Source of the DNA: an uncultured Chloroflexia bacterium | Lineage (GTDB): Bacteria; Chloroflexota; Ktedonobacteria; Ktedonobacterales; JADMIN01 | Length of the DNA: 32,000 bases | Direction: 5' to 3' | Assembly: GCA_963718915.1 (NCBI GenBank) | Contig: CAVRAI010000015.1 | Coordinates: forward strand, 540,001-572,000 | Shown: piece by piece, positions 30,844 through 32,000 of the stretch | How positions within the stretch are numbered: position 1 is the first letter of the stretch | Layout: every line of letters starts with the position of its first letter | Notes under the pieces: model-generated | Databases searched by the model: none | The model's input: only the letters and a program-made list of their open reading frames with translations | Told to the model about the DNA's origin: nothing | Translations under genes and position numbers: made by a program

Positions 30844-31674
30844 TCAGTGGCCAGTCAGCGCGAGGATAATCGCAAGCCCCGCGGTTGCGTTGTTGGCCGC
30901 GTGAATGACGATACCCGGCCAGATCGAGCCAGTGTGCCAGCGCACATACGCCAGCACCACCCCGAAGACGAACAGCACCGCGAATGAGCCGAGATCGCCA
31001 TGCGCCAGAGCAAAGAGGAACGCCGAGAGGAGCGCGGCGGGCCAGAAGTTCATCCGGTGCAGCAATCCTCCGAAGAGGAAGCCGCGAAAGAACAATTCCT
31101 CGCAGATGGGCGCCACCAGCACCGCGCCAGCGACCAGCGCCAGCGTTGAGATTGGGGCGTATTTCGCCTGTTGCAGCAGGGCATCCGAGTTGGTGTGCAG
31201 CGGCAGGTTGAGCGCCTGTATAAGGACGCTGTAGAGCACGTTGCAGCCGATGATGACCACGTAGCCGACGACCGTCGCGACGATTGCCGGGCCGAGGCGC
31301 GTTGAGCGCAGCCCCAGCGCGGCGAGTCCCTGGCGCGGGGAGATTCCCAGCGCGCGACGTATGAGCGCGTAGTAGGCGGGTGCGATCACGAAGGCCAGCT
31401 CGACGACTCCCGTGATGAAGAAGGCGAAGACGGCGCCGATGATATCCTCCGCTGGCGAGAGGCGTCGCTGATCGGAGGTCGCGCTCTGCGAGGTCAGCAG
31501 TTGCGTGCCGATGATGAAGATCAGCCACGGAGCCAGCGTCGCCACCGTGCCCCGCACCGTCTGGGCGAAGGTCCAGGGTGTCTGACCCACTTGCCCATAG
31601 CGCGCGGAATCGCCCGCTGGCGGCTGGGGACTGGATGGCTGTGTCTCATAGGCGGGACCAGGCGTATATGTCAT
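30844..31674 (-). CDS. CPBP (CAAX/Abi, PF02517-like) intramembrane glutamic endopeptidase family protein
   Basis: EELFFRGFLF (EExxxR), FLFALAHGD (FxxxH) and GIVIHAANN (HxxxN/D) in a polytopic protein. Start chosen at ATG 31674 (MTYTPGPAYE..., GAGG upstream). The ORF extension to 31959 looks non-coding. Confidence 0.8.
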   Translation of the reverse strand: MTYTPGPAYETQPSSPQPPAGDSARYGQVGQTPWTFAQTVRGTVATLAPWLIFIIGTQLLTSQSATSDQRRLSPAEDIIGAVFAFFITGVVELAFVIAPAYYALIRRALGISPRQGLAALGLRSTRLGPAIVATVVGYVVIIGCNVLYSVLIQALNLPLHTNSDALLQQAKYAPISTLALVAGAVLVAPICEELFFRGFLFGGLLHRMNFWPAALLSAFLFALAHGDLGSFAVLFVFGVVLAYVRWHTGSIWPGIVIHAANNATAGLAIILALTGH

Positions 31675-32000
31675 GGCATCAACCTCACAGGCCTGTGCGG
31701 CGGGCCGGGAATAACGGCGCATCGGTGCGTTCGGCGCTCTCCTAATTGTACGTGGATATGCTGTAGCGGTGAAAGAGGCGCGACGAGCACGTGATCTTTC
31801 AGCGGCAATGTGCTTGCGAGACCGTTTGATGCCGCGTATACTTGCTGCATGACGAGGAGATGTGTTTTTCGCTGACGCGTGATGAACCAGAGATGAGCAG
31901 GGAAGGAGATGTATCGCAGTGAGTTTTGGCGTGACCGAAGATCCGCGCGAGAACATCAATTGGCGTCGTCACCGGCAAGGCTGCCCGCATTACCGCGAGC

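Noticed and set aside
30421-30987. 188-aa + strand ORF containing MPAHMPAYMPAYMPA.
   Set aside because: It is an artefact of reading through the 12-nt tandem repeat and the antisense of the CPBP gene. It has no start context or motif.

Overview
GC-rich, densely coding bacterial chromosomal window with about 30 protein genes and no rRNA, tRNA or CRISPR. The taxon cannot be determined from the sequence alone, and all family calls rest on motifs read by eye, with no database search.

Gene content, left to right:
- 17-5768: membrane and envelope genes, including a GT-C-like glycosyltransferase followed by a Pro/Thr-rich protein, then an NMNAT-like nucleotidyltransferase.
- 6087-8287: a MobA-like NTP-transferase followed by a stand-alone TIR-(TPR)x10 protein.
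- 8435-11760: manA, a thioredoxin plus His-less CsoR-family regulator operon with an operator-like palindrome, and a cysteine desulfurase.
- 11861-13048: a coupled TM2-TM2-DUF2752 trio.
- 13286-14572: an M16 peptidase.
- 15357-21849: a putrescine-catabolism-like cluster (frameshifted PatA-like aminotransferase, saccharopine-dehydrogenase-like protein, aldehyde dehydrogenase). It is interrupted by a mobile-DNA patch holding a multiply frameshifted tnpB remnant and an IS200-like/RAYT-type HUH transposase flanked by hairpin repeats.
- 22172-26285: a four-gene amino-acid-type ABC transporter.
- 26783-28444: an ECF sigma factor followed by an MGMT::Ada-Zn fusion that has no DNA-binding domain.
- 28522-31674: a hypothetical membrane protein, a secreted CHAP hydrolase and a convergent CPBP/Abi protease.

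Most unusual signals:
1. Two families of structured intergenic repeats show compensatory or G-U-consistent stem changes. One family occurs at three loci and supplies a gene's stop codon.
2. The ECF sigma plus MGMT-Ada-Zn pair is a candidate alkylation-sensing sigma/anti-sigma module.
3. The TIR-TPR single-gene candidate sensor/effector sits beside NAD/nucleotide-handling enzymes.
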